Of a stretch of 64,000 nt of DNA, positions 24,883 through 38,009 are shown piece after piece. The translations under genes and the position numbers were made by a program. The stretch comes from Octopus sinensis (lineage: Eukaryota). Positions within the stretch are counted from its first letter, which is position 1, and each line of letters starts with the position of its first letter. The stretch is taken from NCBI RefSeq assembly GCF_006345805.1, contig NC_043002.1, positions 65,720,001 through 65,784,000 on the forward strand. The letters are read 5' to 3'. The notes beneath the pieces were generated by a model, which had not been told where the DNA came from, did not search any database, and worked only from the letters and a program-made list of their open reading frames with translations.

Positions 24883-25340
24883 CACACCACACACACACAC
24901 ACATACACACACACACACACACCACACACACACACACATATATTATATAATATATATATATATACATACATATATGCGCGGTAGATTTGAAAAATTTGAA
25001 TGTATAAGAACGGGGCATATACTGGATTACTCGTGCATATATGTTTAATCTGAGGTGTACCTACTGAAGAATACTTCACCTAGTAAATTATATTATTTAC
25101 TAAAAAAAGCCTGAAACCATGGTCCAGGAGTTACATGATAAATGTTTTTATTTTTCATTCCCTTCGAATTTCTATCTCTAATAGTATAGTGGATTGGAAT
25201 TTAACTGTTCTTTCTAGCATGCAAGGAGTCCTATGATTGATGCCTCTTATGTGTTTAAATGTACACTGTATTTATATGAATATACATACATACATATACA
25301 TACATATATATACATATATAGATACATATATATATGTATG

Positions 25341-25381
<41 letters not shown>

Positions 25382-25533
25382 TGTGTGTGTGTGTGTGTTG
25401 TGTGTGGATACATATAGGAAAAGAGGGTTTGAAAATGCAGAGGTATTTTAAAGATGTTTATTGGCTTGGGCCGTTTCCCTTTTTAAAAAAGATTATCAAA
25501 ATAAAATAATGAAGATTTGTATAAGCTTTGTTA

Positions 25534-25600
<67 letters not shown>

Positions 25601-25602
<2 letters not shown>

Positions 25603-26620
25603 TAGCATTATGAACCGTCGTTGCCGGGTCATAGTGCTAGTGCATGTATATATGTGTATATATATGTGTACATATTACATGTACATCTACATATATACAT
25701 CTACACATAAAATACAAAATACAAAGGTATATCTTGATATCGCTAGTTATAACAATACTCAAAATATATAATAGACTGGAATTGTAAGCCCGTCTCTTGC
25801 AATTTCGATCAATTGTATCTTGTCCTCCCTCTTGTATAGAAGTGTGGCTACAATCCAGCCTACCTCAACTTCTGGCGGGGGTGGGGGCATTTTAATTTTT
25901 ATCCGGCACGTCCTACGTCCCAGATATAAAGGTAAAAAAAATATTTCCACTTTGCAAGTCGAGTACTCCCTTGCACGCTCCGTTGACTCGAACCTTGCTT
26001 CTATTGCGGCGAATTTACCGCCTCTGGTTTGATATCTTTCATAGTCGCACCAAGACACTTTTCGATGGTGCTTTTTTCCAGGTGTTCAAATCTTCTTTTT
26101 TCTCTACATTGTATACTTATAGACAATAGTCTTTTCTTTAATTTAATTTTTATTATCCATCGGACTATTCCATTTCTGCACGCTAATTTTATTTTTATTT
26201 ATTCCCTCATGTGAAACACTTATTCAAGTTCAAGTCATTGATGCAATTTTATACCAATTGCTATTTTTACTTTTGTTATGTTACGATTATATTATATTTT
26301 AGTTTTATTTTCATTATTACTTACTACATATAATTCAATTGTTATTATTATTTTTATTGTTAAAGTGAAAGTATCTGACATAAAATAGAGAAATGTTTTT
26401 GTTTCACTTTTAACATGTACTACTGAAATAGTGGAGAAGATATGATATTGCTATGGGCTCGCTCTAGGCAAGAAGTTAAACATTGTTTTTTACCCATGAA
26501 ACTACATGGACCCTATGTAAGGCATGTGTAAAATTTGAATGAAATTGGTTGTGTAGTTCTCAAGTTTTAGGGAACACACAGACAGACAGACACACATTCT
26601 CAGTTTTATATATAGAGAGA
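25601..26620 (+). mobile_element. Helentron/DINE-1-like non-autonomous rolling-circle element
   Basis: Starts ACTAG with a 17-bp hairpin (ACTAGCATTATGAACCG / CGGGTCATAGTGCTAGT). Ends with AAATTTGAATGAAATTGG...(ACAG)n...TTTTATATATAGAG, a layout typical of such elements (pattern recall, not a search). Confidence 0.6.
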
Positions 26621-26683
26621 TACACACATATATGAGTGTACATACATACACACACAAACACACACACACACACACATACACAC

Positions 26684-26715
<32 letters not shown>

Positions 26716-26959
26716 ATATATATATTATATATATATATATATTATATATATATATATATCATTCTTAAACAAGAATATTGTTAACAGTGACTTCGAAGTT
26801 TTGGCCATCGTCGAACTCATTTCCAATCATATTCATGCTTAAGAATAATAAATTTGTACTCTACAAAAATATAGAGTAACTCACCAGATTTATGTAAATT
26901 GCTTTTTTATAATTGACATAAAACACATTTAATAATATGTATAATATAATTTTTTGGTT

Positions 26960-27015
<56 letters not shown>

Positions 27016-27056
27016 TATTTATTTATTTATTTTTATATATATATATAATATATAAT

Positions 27057-27092
<36 letters not shown>

Positions 27093-27134
27093 AGCAGACA
27101 GACAGACAGACAGACAGATAGAGGAAGAGAAAGA

Positions 27135-27445
27135 GAGACGCAGGAGTAGCTTGCTTACCAACCACATGGTTCTAGGTTCAGTCCCACTGCGTGGGACCTT
27201 GGTCAAGTGTCTTCTACTATAGCCTCGGGTGTTGACCAAAACCTTGTGAGTGGATTTAGAAGACAGAAACTGAAAGAAGCCCGTCGTATATATAATATAT
27301 ATGTGTTTGTGTGTATGTGTGTCTGTATTTGTCCCCGTAACTTAGTTGTTCGGCAAAAGAGATCGATAGTACTAGGCTTATAAAGAATAAGTCCTGGGGT
27401 CGATTTGGTCAACTAATGACTAAAACAAGTAAAAGAATAAAAGAT
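27135..27445 (+). mobile_element. SINE family 1
   Basis: GTAGCTTGCTTACCAACCACATGGTTCTAGGTTCAGTCCCACTGCGTGGGACCTTGGTCAAGTG...AAGAATAAGTCCTGGGGTCG. Confidence 0.88.
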
Positions 27446-27486
27446 TATATATATATATATATATATGTGTGTATGTGTGTGTGTGT

Positions 27487-27522
<36 letters not shown>

Positions 27523-28063
27523 ATGTATGTATGCATGTATGTATATATGTATGCATGTACGCATTTATATGTCTATCTGTGTATGGCTTTGACAGCCAGT
27601 ATTGGTTTGTTTTCGTCTATGCAACTGATCATTTCGGCAAAATAGACGCGTAGAATATATACTAAAATCTAAAAAGAAAATGCATAAGTTCGACTAAAAC
27701 TCATCAAGCCGGTATCCCAGCATGGCCGTGGTCCAAAGTCTGAAACAAGTACACGATAGGAAAAAAAATCTCTCAAATATCAGAAAATATCAGAACAGTT
27801 TTACTGCAGCCTATAAACTTTAAATTCAACGCCAGACAAAATAGTTTACATGTTTATTTAAAATTTTTAAAAAATACTACCTCTTTAAACATAGAATTAA
27901 AATGTATCATTAAACAACATATTATTTGTTTACATATGGTGTTTACATATTGAGTTAAAAGTTGCGGATAGATAAAGTCTAAATATGCCTTGTGTGAATA
28001 AAATATACATTTGTGCAAATTATATTGACAAAATCAGCAGTTTTTCAATAGAGTCATCAACGA

Positions 28064-28117
<54 letters not shown>

Positions 28118-28696
28118 ATATATTATATATTATATATATATATATATATATATGTATAAATATATATATACAACATGCATGCATACATACATATATACAT
28201 ACATACAGTCAGACAGACAGACATACAGACATTATTTATGAGATTTCGATGGCGACGTGTGTTTGCTACAAACATAAGTAGAACATTAGCAATCAAACGG
28301 ATTGTTTTGCAGTTCCGAGCATCAATATTCTTAGTTCAAACTCTGTCACCATGACCTGTTATACAATTTGAGTATCGGGCTTTTATTAGAGTCAACTCAA
28401 ACGATTACATTGTTCGCCTTATCTATCTCTTTTTGCCAGCAATGTTCAAATTATTTTTTAATAATTACGAATGCGATGAACTGCCAAAATCGTTAGCGCA
28501 GTCGAACAAAATGTTTATGAGCGTTTCTTGTAGCTGTTTATGTCCCGATTTCAAATTCCGCTCATGTCAACTTAGTCTTTTATCTTATCGAGGCCGATAA
28601 AATAAGTAGCAGCCAAGTAGTGGCCCTGAGGCAAAATTAGAAGAAGATGAGTAGAGAAAATGAGTAAATGAAAGGATTGGATGCAGTTGTTTGGAC

Positions 28697-28915
28697 GCTT
28701 AAAATTTGGCATGGTCAAGGGCACATTGAGCCTGCTTTGGTGACTGCAATTCTTGGCACTGACAACAAACACATGCGAATTTGGAATGGTTGAGGAAACC
28801 CGAGCCTGTTCTGACGACTGTACTTCTTGGCACATGCGAATTTGGAATGATTGAGGGCACAGCGAGCCTCTTTTGGCGACTGTACCTCTTGGCACTGGAA
28901 GCAAGCATATGCGCA
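28697..28915. repeat. Three-unit minisatellite (~61-bp core)
   Basis: AATTTGG(A/C)ATG...GAGCCT...GACTG...CTTGGCAC...ATGCG repeated three times; units 1 and 3 carry an extra ~13-nt insert. Confidence 0.85.
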
Positions 28916-29492
28916 TGTGCTGGAATGTACACATATAGAGAGGAAGGGTGAAAGTGAAGAAGGAGAGAGAGAGAGAGAGATTACAATTTATATAATTAAA
29001 CCAGATTGACATGAACACTTTCCCTCTCCTCAGACACATAAAGAGAAATGTGCTCACACTCAAAAACACAGAGAGAAGGGTATGTTTGCAGCAAATAATA
29101 GAAATATTAAATCGAAAGAAATATTAAAACGTTAATTTTTTAAAGAGCATCATCATGGGATATTGCTATAATATACATGGACGTGCCATTACCAGCCTCG
29201 CCAACTGTCCGACCGGGCAATACGTCTGTGCTGTAAATCCCATCTTTGTGAGGACTCAATCCCTAAAATGCGCCTTGGTATAAAGATAACACTGATAACA
29301 AAAATCGTGACACAGTAGCATCAACTTTAGTCTCCATGTTGAACCTAAACAACCTGTGCTTGCTCCAATATGAGAACATCGATGTGGTCCTTTATCCTGT
29401 CAAATATGGCATTCAGATCTTTATATCGCACCATCTGTCTTCAAAATTTTAAAAAGAAAACAGTAATATCAATGTATACATAGATGCATCAT

Positions 29493-29864
29493 GTGGAGGC
29501 GCAATGGCCCAGTGGTTAGAGCAGCGGACTCGCAGTCGTAGGATCGTGGTTTCGATTCCTAGATCGAGCGTTGTGAGTGTTTATTGAGCGAAAACACCTA
29601 AAGCTCTGGCAGGGAGTGGGGGCGAATCCTGCTGTACTCTTTCACCATAACTTTCTCTTATTCTTTCTTCCTATTTCTATTGTACATGTATTTCAAAGGG
29701 CCGGCCTTGTCACACACTGTGTCACATTGAATCTTCCCGAGAACTACGTTAAGATTACAGATGTCTGTGGAGTGCTCAGCCACTTACACGTTAATTTCAC
29801 GCGTAGGCTGTTCCGTTAATCGGATCAACCGGAACCCTCGTCGTCAGAACCGACGGAGTGCCAC
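29493..29864 (+). mobile_element. tRNA-derived SINE, family 3, complete
   Basis: GGCGCAATGGCCCAGTGGTTAGAGC...GGTTTCGATTCC head; tail shared with 530-836. Confidence 0.88.
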
Positions 29865-30544
29865 GAGATATATCATGTTAAAAGAAAAGACGGGTTAGTC
29901 ATAAGTGGATGACTTTGATCATAGATTTTCTCGATTGGCGATGACCGGGGGTTAAACACACTACTTGAATAACAACAGCAAAAATAGCCAAACTATATAT
30001 ATATAATAACTTCTTGCCAAACCACTTTCTTTTCTATTAGCAAACCACACAGCAAATAAACCCATCTGATACCTACCTGCCTAACTACCTACCTACCCTC
30101 ATCAAAGCACACCCACTCGTCAATGTGTGAAACAAAAATCTTTCCGACTTTCATGAAGCCTGAAGAAACCACTTCCATCCATCAAGAGACAGAGAAAATT
30201 ACAGCTTCAAAAAATTTCAACCGCTCTAGACTCACGAACATAGATACTGTAAACTATAATACAACTCAACACAGCAACTCCAGACGTTTACACACACACA
30301 CAAGCACACATACAGACACACGAAGGCGTGAGTGCGAGCCTTCTGGTGCGTGGGGATTGCGTGTGTGTGCCAGAAGGCAACAGCAAGTATCTAATGCAGA
30401 ATAAATGAAACAGCCAACCTGACAAAAGATAATGACGGCCCAATGAACAGCAAGCAGACCACAAACACACAAGGGAAATGAAATGAAATGAAATGAAGTG
30501 CAATATGAAAGAACTAAACAAGGCAATAGCAAAGAAAATATTTA

Positions 30545-31340
30545 CGAAATCATAAACGAGGCTAAAGTTGTTGATTATATCAACCCCAGTGTTCCACTGA
30601 TATTCATTTTACCGACCCCGAAGGATAAAAAGTAAAGTCGACCTCGGCGGAGTTTGAACTCACAACCTAAAGCCGAACGAAATGCCACTAAGCTTTTTGC
30701 TGGCATGGTAACGATTCTGACAGCTGATCGGCTTCTAGTTCTAATCAAAACGCCCATCAATTTCGCCAACATTATCCATCCCCAAATTCATGGCCTTTTT
30801 GCCAAAATTTGAAATCATTATTATTAAGGATGTGGAGGCATATGGCCTAGTGGTTAGAGCAGCGAACTCGAGGTCGAGGGATCGCGGTTTCGAATCTCAG
30901 ACCGGGCGATGTGTGTGTTTATGAGCGAAACATCTAAGCTCCACGCGGCTCCAGCAGAATGTAATGGGGAACTTCTGCTGACTCTTCAAATTTCAGAGTT
31001 CAAATTCTGCCGAGGTTGACTTTGCTTTTCCTCCTTTCGGGGTCGATAAATTAAGTACCATTTACGCAGGTCGACCTAATCGATTTAATCCCTTTGTCTG
31101 TCCTTGTTTGTCCCCTCTACTTTTAGCCCCTTGTGAGCAATCTAGAAATAAGAAACGCTATCTTGCCGGGCGAAACGCTTAAAATCATTTCGTCTGTCTT
31201 TACGTTCGGCGTTCAAATTCTGCCGAGGCCGACTTTACCTTTCATCCTTTCGGAGTCGATAAATTAAGTACCAGTGCCGTACTGGGGTCGATCTAATCTA
31301 CTGGACCGCCATAGAAAATTTCGGGCCTTGTGTCTAGAAT
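30545..31340. mobile_element. Cluster of SINE fragments (family 2 minus 30545-30725; family 3 head 30832-30985; family 2 plus 30985-31150 and 31155-31340)
   Basis: Alignable by eye to the complete copies at 24374 and 29493. Confidence 0.8.
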
Positions 31341-32133
31341 AGGATTGAATTTTACTCTAAATATTATTTTAATAATGAAACAATATCTTCACATGTGTTT
31401 CAACGCTGTTTAGAGATGTTATTTGGGTCTGCTAGAGAGACAGCTTTGGATTTCGGTACGAATCTCATTTTTCCAACGTGCTCTATTCATTTATCGCTGA
31501 CTGATTTAACACGGTTTTACATCATTTCTAACTAAGCCCCCGTGATAAATGAGGATATAATGTATTTGGCACTATTTGTACTTTAGAGGGTTTTTTCCTT
31601 CCTTTCCTTTTTTCTTTTTAATTATTTATTTATTGTTGTGCATCATTCTAATGCACTCTTCTATTTTTGGAATTAGAAATTGCGCTTAGAGACATGTTGC
31701 TAAAGCAAACAACAAATGATTTCCATCAAAGTGTATAGAACAAAAGTACGTGCTAATTTTAACAAAACGTCATGATGCGGTGATGGGGTGGGGATCTATC
31801 ATGGGTTGGGGGTCGGACAGGAGACACGTAATGTGGACAGAGTGTCTTACAGTTAATGAGAGATCTTGAAGTTGCCTTTGTTACAGCCGTTGTTGTTGTG
31901 TATATATGTGAATGTGCGTGGATGTACGTATGCTTATTTCTGTGTGTATACATACATACACATTTATGTGTACGGATGCCTGTATGTGGGAAGGTGTGTT
32001 TGTTCATAGATCAATAGATAGACGGACAGACAGATAGAGCGAGAGACAGAGAAAGAGAGTAAATAGGTTTATCCGTTTATATATTAATTTACGTGTTTGA
32101 TGTGTGTGTGTGTGTATTATGTATGCATATATA

Positions 32134-32188
<55 letters not shown>

Positions 32189-32263
32189 TATATATAGATA
32201 TTACATATATATACATATGCATGTAATATATATATACACATACCCGTACGTATGTATGCATTT

Positions 32264-33113
32264 ATGTTCAGAACGGCATTGTTTTCGTCAGAAAAGTAGA
32301 TATAATTCTTTATTAAAGTTGTTTCGTATTCTATAATTTTCACAGACAATAAATACGATATTATTTGTTATTGCCTGAGATTTTGGTGTAATTTGAGAGG
32401 ATAATACGAAAGTTATAGATGATTTAGTGATTTACTGCAAAACCCACGGCGGCCAAAATGATCAGAACGGTTGCTTTTACTCCGTGTTTTAGTATATTTA
32501 ACCGGCGAACTCTAATGTTTTGATTTTGTTTACGTGACGGTTCGTTTACTAAACATTAGTAAGAATATTTTCAGTGTACTTTGATAATATAATGCCACTT
32601 ACTCCGATACAAATTCGTCAGCAGTTTATTAAGCTTCGAAGGAAGGATAATTTAAGTATTGGATCTATTGCAAAGATTGTTAACAAGTCAAAAAGTGTTG
32701 TACACGGTATTCTTAAGGTTTACGATGATTGTGGTTCGTGTGAAGCAAGAAAGTTTACAGGCAGGCCAAGAAAAACGACCAAGAGAAAAGATCGTACTAT
32801 GGTAAAGTTGGTTAAAAAGGACAGATTTAAAACTGCTGCTGCTGTTTCTCGGAAAATGAGCATTGTATTGAAGAAAACTTTATCTCGAAAAACTGTGTCT
32901 CGTCGTTTAGTTGAACATGACCTACAAGCAAGAGCACCTGCAGTGAAGCCACTGATCAGCTCCAAGAATAAAAAGTGTCATCTTACCTTTGCAACCGAAC
33001 ATGTGTTGTGGTCTCAAGAAAATGGCAAACGGTGCATTTCAGTGATGAATCTAAGTTTATGTTATTTGGCTCAGATGGGAAAAGGTACGTTCTGAACATT
33101 TTGGTCGCAACTG
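32264..33113 (+). mobile_element. Tc1-like transposon (IR/DR type), internally deleted
   Basis: ORF 32574-33095 has a paired-like HTH (SIGSIAKIVNKSKSVVHGIL...GRPRKTT) and, after a frameshift, WQTVHFSDESKF (first catalytic D). It is joined directly to the right end CGTTCTGAACATTTTGGTCGCAACTG-TA. Inverse copies of this motif lie at 32264 (partial) and 32445-32469. Confidence 0.9.
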
Positions 33114-33642
33114 TATATATATGTGTGTGTGCGTGTGTGCGTCTGTGTGTGTGTGTGTATACACACACATTTATATGTATGTCTCTTCTATTTTTTAATT
33201 ATTATAAATCCTCCACTGAGGAGGGAGCCGGTTTCCACAAAGATACAAGGCTCCATCTTTGGGATGCACGTATGTATGTATATATGTATGTACATACGTA
33301 CATGCAAATGTAGAGGTCAGAGCAGCCTAAGGACATAACATTGTCAAGCCCTTTACAGTGAAAGATGCGTTTCGTATTGAGCTCGAAGTTCTGCAGGTTG
33401 ATACATAAACAATAAAATGCAATAGGGCCGGGCCGCATTCTTTTGGACGAAATTTTGGGTAACTTGATAAGTATAGGGTTTGGATAGAAGGGGATAGTCA
33501 GTAAGTATGGGGATAAGAGGAGGTGTTGATAGATAGAAAGATAGATACATACATACATACAAACATGTGTTTGTGTGTGTGTATTAAAAAGTATTTAATA
33601 TCATCTTGATAATAATCTCATAACGTGCATTTCAAAGCCCCA

Positions 33643-33679
<37 letters not shown>

Positions 33680-34699
33680 AGTCATTTGATGATGTGCTGG
33701 ATCATATTCATATGATATCTATGTATAATATAGAAGATTCAGCGCTTAACAGCTATTATTAATGAGCAGAAACAATTGTTGTGGTTTGTGATTAAAGCCT
33801 GTTCATTCCATTTTTTTTTGTCGTATAAATTCTTATAGAGAGAGAAATAAATCGGTAGATAGATAAATGGATGATAAACAGACAGACAAGTAATATAATT
33901 AGCAGAGTCATTTTAATTAATTACAATCATTTCTTTCACTATGAGAAAATATTTAAATAAGTAATATGGGTCAAAGTGCAAGCACTTCAAAATTCAATTA
34001 TTTAATAATTAATTAATTAAATATAACATTCAGTAACGAGTGAGTCTGATAGTCTGACTCTGAGAACTTCTTCCTAGCTTGCTGCACCTCATTAGCGGCG
34101 CGTAGTCTAAAAGCTGCAACAAGAATTTACATTAACTAGGGAAATATCGGGCCTTTGAGAAATGAGCATTTACCGATGTCATACGTTGACACGACTGCTT
34201 CAAAAAAACTTAACAGCAAAGTTGACGCTGGTATCCGTGACGTAAAAAAAACTAAATGAAAATAATTAAATCAAAATCATTAAAATTACATAATTAGTCA
34301 TTATAACAATCAAAATCAAAATTGGTTTTCCTCATTATAGGTTCCATGATTGGTGATAAAAGAAATCCTCCTTAATTAAATTATTAGAAACAGTGGAGAC
34401 AGTCGGTTTCCACTGTTCTATTTTTGTTCCTAACTTTGACCCGCCATAAATCCAAAATCTTATTTTGGCATTTATGGGAGCAACTGTGTTAGAAGACTCA
34501 TATTGTCGTTGATTGCTCGAAATGAGATGTAGCTAGACAGCCAACAACTGATGAAGGGCCATTTTTTGTATTACTTGTCCTTTTTCTCTCTCGTTATTTG
34601 CATATTTAACAAGTTTGTTTTCGTATATCATGTTGTTTACTGTTGGTGACGTCCTGTACCCACATATGCATGGGATAGCTAGAAATTAGTCTTTATCGT

Positions 34700-35853
34700 A
34701 AAGTTCTAGAAAAATACGGCAGCCCATTCTCCTTCTACATAGAAAAATACTGGAAGAGATACCTGGATGACTGTTTCATTCTTTGGCATGAAAGTATAGA
34801 GAGACTTAAAGAATTTCAAGCATTTATAAATGGACTTGACGTAAAGATTCAGTTCACAATGTAATAAAGCCATCAACAACTTCCCTTCCTTGATATCCTC
34901 ATTAAGAAATCTAACAACGTAATAGAAACATATATTTATTATAAGCCCACGAACTCCAAGCAATATCTACCGTTCAACTCATGCCACCCCAGACACACCA
35001 GAATGAATATTCCCTTCAACCTAGCAAAAAGGATATGTACTATAGTTTCTAATGCAAGCACGAGGGACACACACGACTACATGAACTAAAGGATACACTC
35101 ATCACCAGGAACTACCCACCTTCACTAACTGACATATGCTTTCAACGTGCCCTATAACTCAACAACCATGAACATCCCAAATTAAAGAAGGAGTTACAAC
35201 CAAAATCCCTACCATACATCTCCAGATGCAACCCTTTTAACAATGAGGCCTTCGAGACCATCCTTCAAAACATTCCCCGCTAAAAAGAGACCACATAATG
35301 AACTTAATCCTCCAAACACACACCATCATAAAAAGCAAGAGACAGACCAAATGTATGAAAAGCCCGAATACACTCAACAACAACATTGAAGCCGTCAGTA
35401 AAAAATGCGGAAGACCCAAATGTAGGATATGTGTCAATTTAATTGATTAGAGTTCTCCTTCAAACAGGAACAACGTTTCACAGTGAAAAGCAGCTTCACA
35501 TGTGCTTCGGAGAACCTGATATACGCGCTAACCTGCTCTGGGTGTCAAGAGCAATACATAGGCCAAAAAAGAAAAACGGTCTACGTCAAAGGATGACTCT
35601 GCACAGATCCCAGATCAAAATTCCCCAAAACAGAAAAATAGCATTAAGTCAACACATCGACATTCGCGCCAATAACAAAAATTCAAGCTTCAGAATTTTT
35701 CCCCTCTATCAATTCAGGGACGATACAACCAGTAACCAACGAATTAGTAAAGAGTCTTTCTTTATCACAAAATGCAGACCCCTTTTGAACGCATCTACAA
35801 CAAATGACATATCCACCACGACCTTAGAACACATACACAAATATCAAAAATGA
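34700..35853 (+). mobile_element. Penelope-like element: RT C-terminal half plus GIY-YIG endonuclease, decayed
   Basis: WKRYLDDCF (34760), LPFLDI, YKPTNSKQYL, SCHPRH, IPFNLAKRI; then CGRPKCRIC, LIYALTCSGCQEQYIG and RQRMTLHRSQ. The 3' sequence 35838-35940 is partially repeated at 36073-36160. Confidence 0.92.
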
Positions 35854-36167
35854 TACATTCAAAAGAGATACCCAAGAATTCTTTAAAAACAGTCCCAATC
35901 ACTGCTATAATCCACAAGTCACTTTTAAGTCACTTCATCATTTAACATCCTGCTACCGTCCCGCATTCTTTTATTATTCTTTCTCTTCTCCTCCTTCTTC
36001 TTCGCCTTCTTCTTCCTCTCCGCCACCTCCTTCCTTACTTTACTACTTCTGCTGTTTAGAATAACACCTACGCAAATATTATAAACAATACATTCAAAAG
36101 AGATATCTCAAGAATTCAAGAATTCAATCACTATCACCATCCACAACAAGTCACTTTCCCGCATACA

Positions 36168-36202
36168 TTCTTCTTCTTCTTCTTCTTCTTCTTCTTCTTC
36201 TT

Positions 36203-36233
<31 letters not shown>

Positions 36234-36404
36234 TTCTTCTTCTCCTTCTTCTTCTTCTCCTTCTCCTTCTTCTTCTCCTTCTCCTTCTCCTTCTCCTTCT
36301 TCTTCTTCTTCTTCCTCTTCATCTTCTTCTTCTTCTTCTTCTCCTTCTTCTTCTTCTTCTTCTTCTTCTTCTTCTTCTTCTTCTTCTTCTTCTTCTTCTT
36401 CTTC
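36168..36404. repeat. (TTC)n / (TTCTCC)n polypyrimidine tract
   Basis: Direct; source of the spurious poly-K and poly-R ORFs. Confidence 0.98.
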
Positions 36405-36664
36405 TCTGCCAAGAATTCACAACGACCTCGAACCCACAAGAGTAAACAAGAGAGACAGAGACAGACAGAATCAAGGAAAATGTCCCTTGTATTTGAATAC
36501 TATGCAAATATTCTTTTAAAAACTTTTCGTCTAATATTTCCCAAATTTAATTGTTTTCCATATTTACAGTTGAAAAACGTTTCAATGACCGACACCAGTA
36601 GGGAAATGTTATCTATAAAATTATTTTAGCATTTTCTACCCTGATTTTTTCGTTATATATATAT

Positions 36665-37056
36665 ATGCCAGAACTGGGCGCCACTGCGTGGTGCCTAGGA
36701 CTCCAAACTTGCCATCAAGATGTAGGACAAGATTCTGTGATAGCCTGGGCTTCCGAGGCCCACAGCTCTTCAATATCCTCCCGAAGAACCTGAGAGACCT
36801 GCATGGGGTGGATACAGATGTCTTTAAAATGAAGCTGGATCTCTTCCTGTCAGGTGTCCCAGATGAACCAATTTCACGGCAGGAGGGGCAGATGAGGGCA
36901 GCTGCATCGAACTCTCTCATGCACCAAATAGCAGATGCTAGAAAGCCTTCATGAAGTGAAACCAAGTAGCAACACCAAATGGCGGTGCCCCAGCATGGCC
37001 ACAGCTCATAAGCTGAAACTGGAAAAATCAAAATCAAATCAAATCAAATCAAAATC
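36665..37056 (+). mobile_element. 5'-truncated second copy of the 19510-22530 LINE
   Basis: Colinear with 22163-22520 (GPQLFNILPKNLRDLHG...RAAASNSL), with the same 3' stem-loop and an (AAATC)n tail. Confidence 0.95.
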
Positions 37057-37059
37057 ATA

Positions 37060-37345
37060 TATGGTTAGGGCAGCGCACTCTCGGTCGTAGGGTCGCGGTT
37101 TCAATTCCCAGACCGGGTGTTGTGAGTGTTTATTGAGCGAAAACACCTAAAGCTCCACGATGTTCCGGCAGGGGGTGGTGGCGATTCCTGCTGCACTCTT
37201 TCGCCACAACTTTCTCTCACTGTTCTGTAAGTCTGCTCGCTTAGCCAGCGGGGTAGCGTTATTTCAAGGCTAAAACAATGCGAAACGCATTGTGACCAGC
37301 GATGTGTAACAACATCTGATAGCCTGGCCGGTCACGTGATCACGT
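37060..37345 (+). mobile_element. SINE with a family 3 head and a different tail
   Basis: Head and GTGAGTGTTTATTGAGCGAAAACACCTAAAGCTC match 29493; the 3' part (CATTGTGACCAGCGATGTG...GTCACGTG) does not. Confidence 0.75.
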
Positions 37346-37463
37346 GGTGATATGAATATATATATATATATTATTTATATTATTAGTTATTTGGATGCCA
37401 CATATCCATTTCCAAGTAAGTATGTGTGTGTTGTGTGTGGTGTGTTTGTGTCTATATATATAT

Positions 37464-37518
<55 letters not shown>

Positions 37519-37913
37519 GAGGATCAATTAATTATGATTTTATTCAACATATTCCCCTTTCAGATTCACACGCTTAATGCAGCGGTCGTTCAGCTTCCTA
37601 AGCCCTATTAAAACATCTAGGAAGGTTGGGCCTACAACCAGGCCTTTTGCGATACCCTTAAAGCCAGGAACTTTTCAGCACATATTCGTATATATATACA
37701 CACATATACGCGTGTCCATAAACAAATGTACCAATTAATTTGCATTCGTATATAAACATATATTGTGTAAAGATATATGCATGTATGTGTCTCAGTATGT
37801 ATGTGTGTGTGTGTGTGTGTGTGTAGTTGCATGTGTGACTCTCTGTGTGTCTGTCTCTGTCGGTGCGTGTATTCATATATGTGCGCATATATATATATAT
37901 ATATATTATATAT

Positions 37914-37951
<38 letters not shown>

Positions 37952-37962
37952 TAGAGAGACCT

Positions 37963-38009
<47 letters not shown>

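Noticed and set aside
28697-28915. CRISPR-like array
   Set aside because: Units are contiguous diverged repeats without unique spacers, the context is eukaryotic and there are no cas genes. The same applies to 62051-62150.
29165-29445. Possible Cys-containing exon 2 of the IGFBP-like gene, or a minus-strand exon
   Set aside because: All frames hit stops within ~30-50 codons, there is no VWC/Kazal/TSP1 Cys pattern and no consistent phase-1 acceptor. The candidate at 12159-12215 also fails (stop in the required phase).
29493-29570. Functional tRNA genes at SINE heads (also 63325, 45070, 30832)
   Set aside because: A and B boxes are present, but there is no complete cloverleaf, and they run on into SINE bodies.
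34545-34580. CTGATGAAG as a hammerhead core just upstream of the Penelope remnant
   Set aside because: No stem II or GAAA follows, so a fold cannot be supported.
36134-36507. Poly-Lys and poly-Arg ORFs
   Set aside because: They are translations of the (TTC)n tract.
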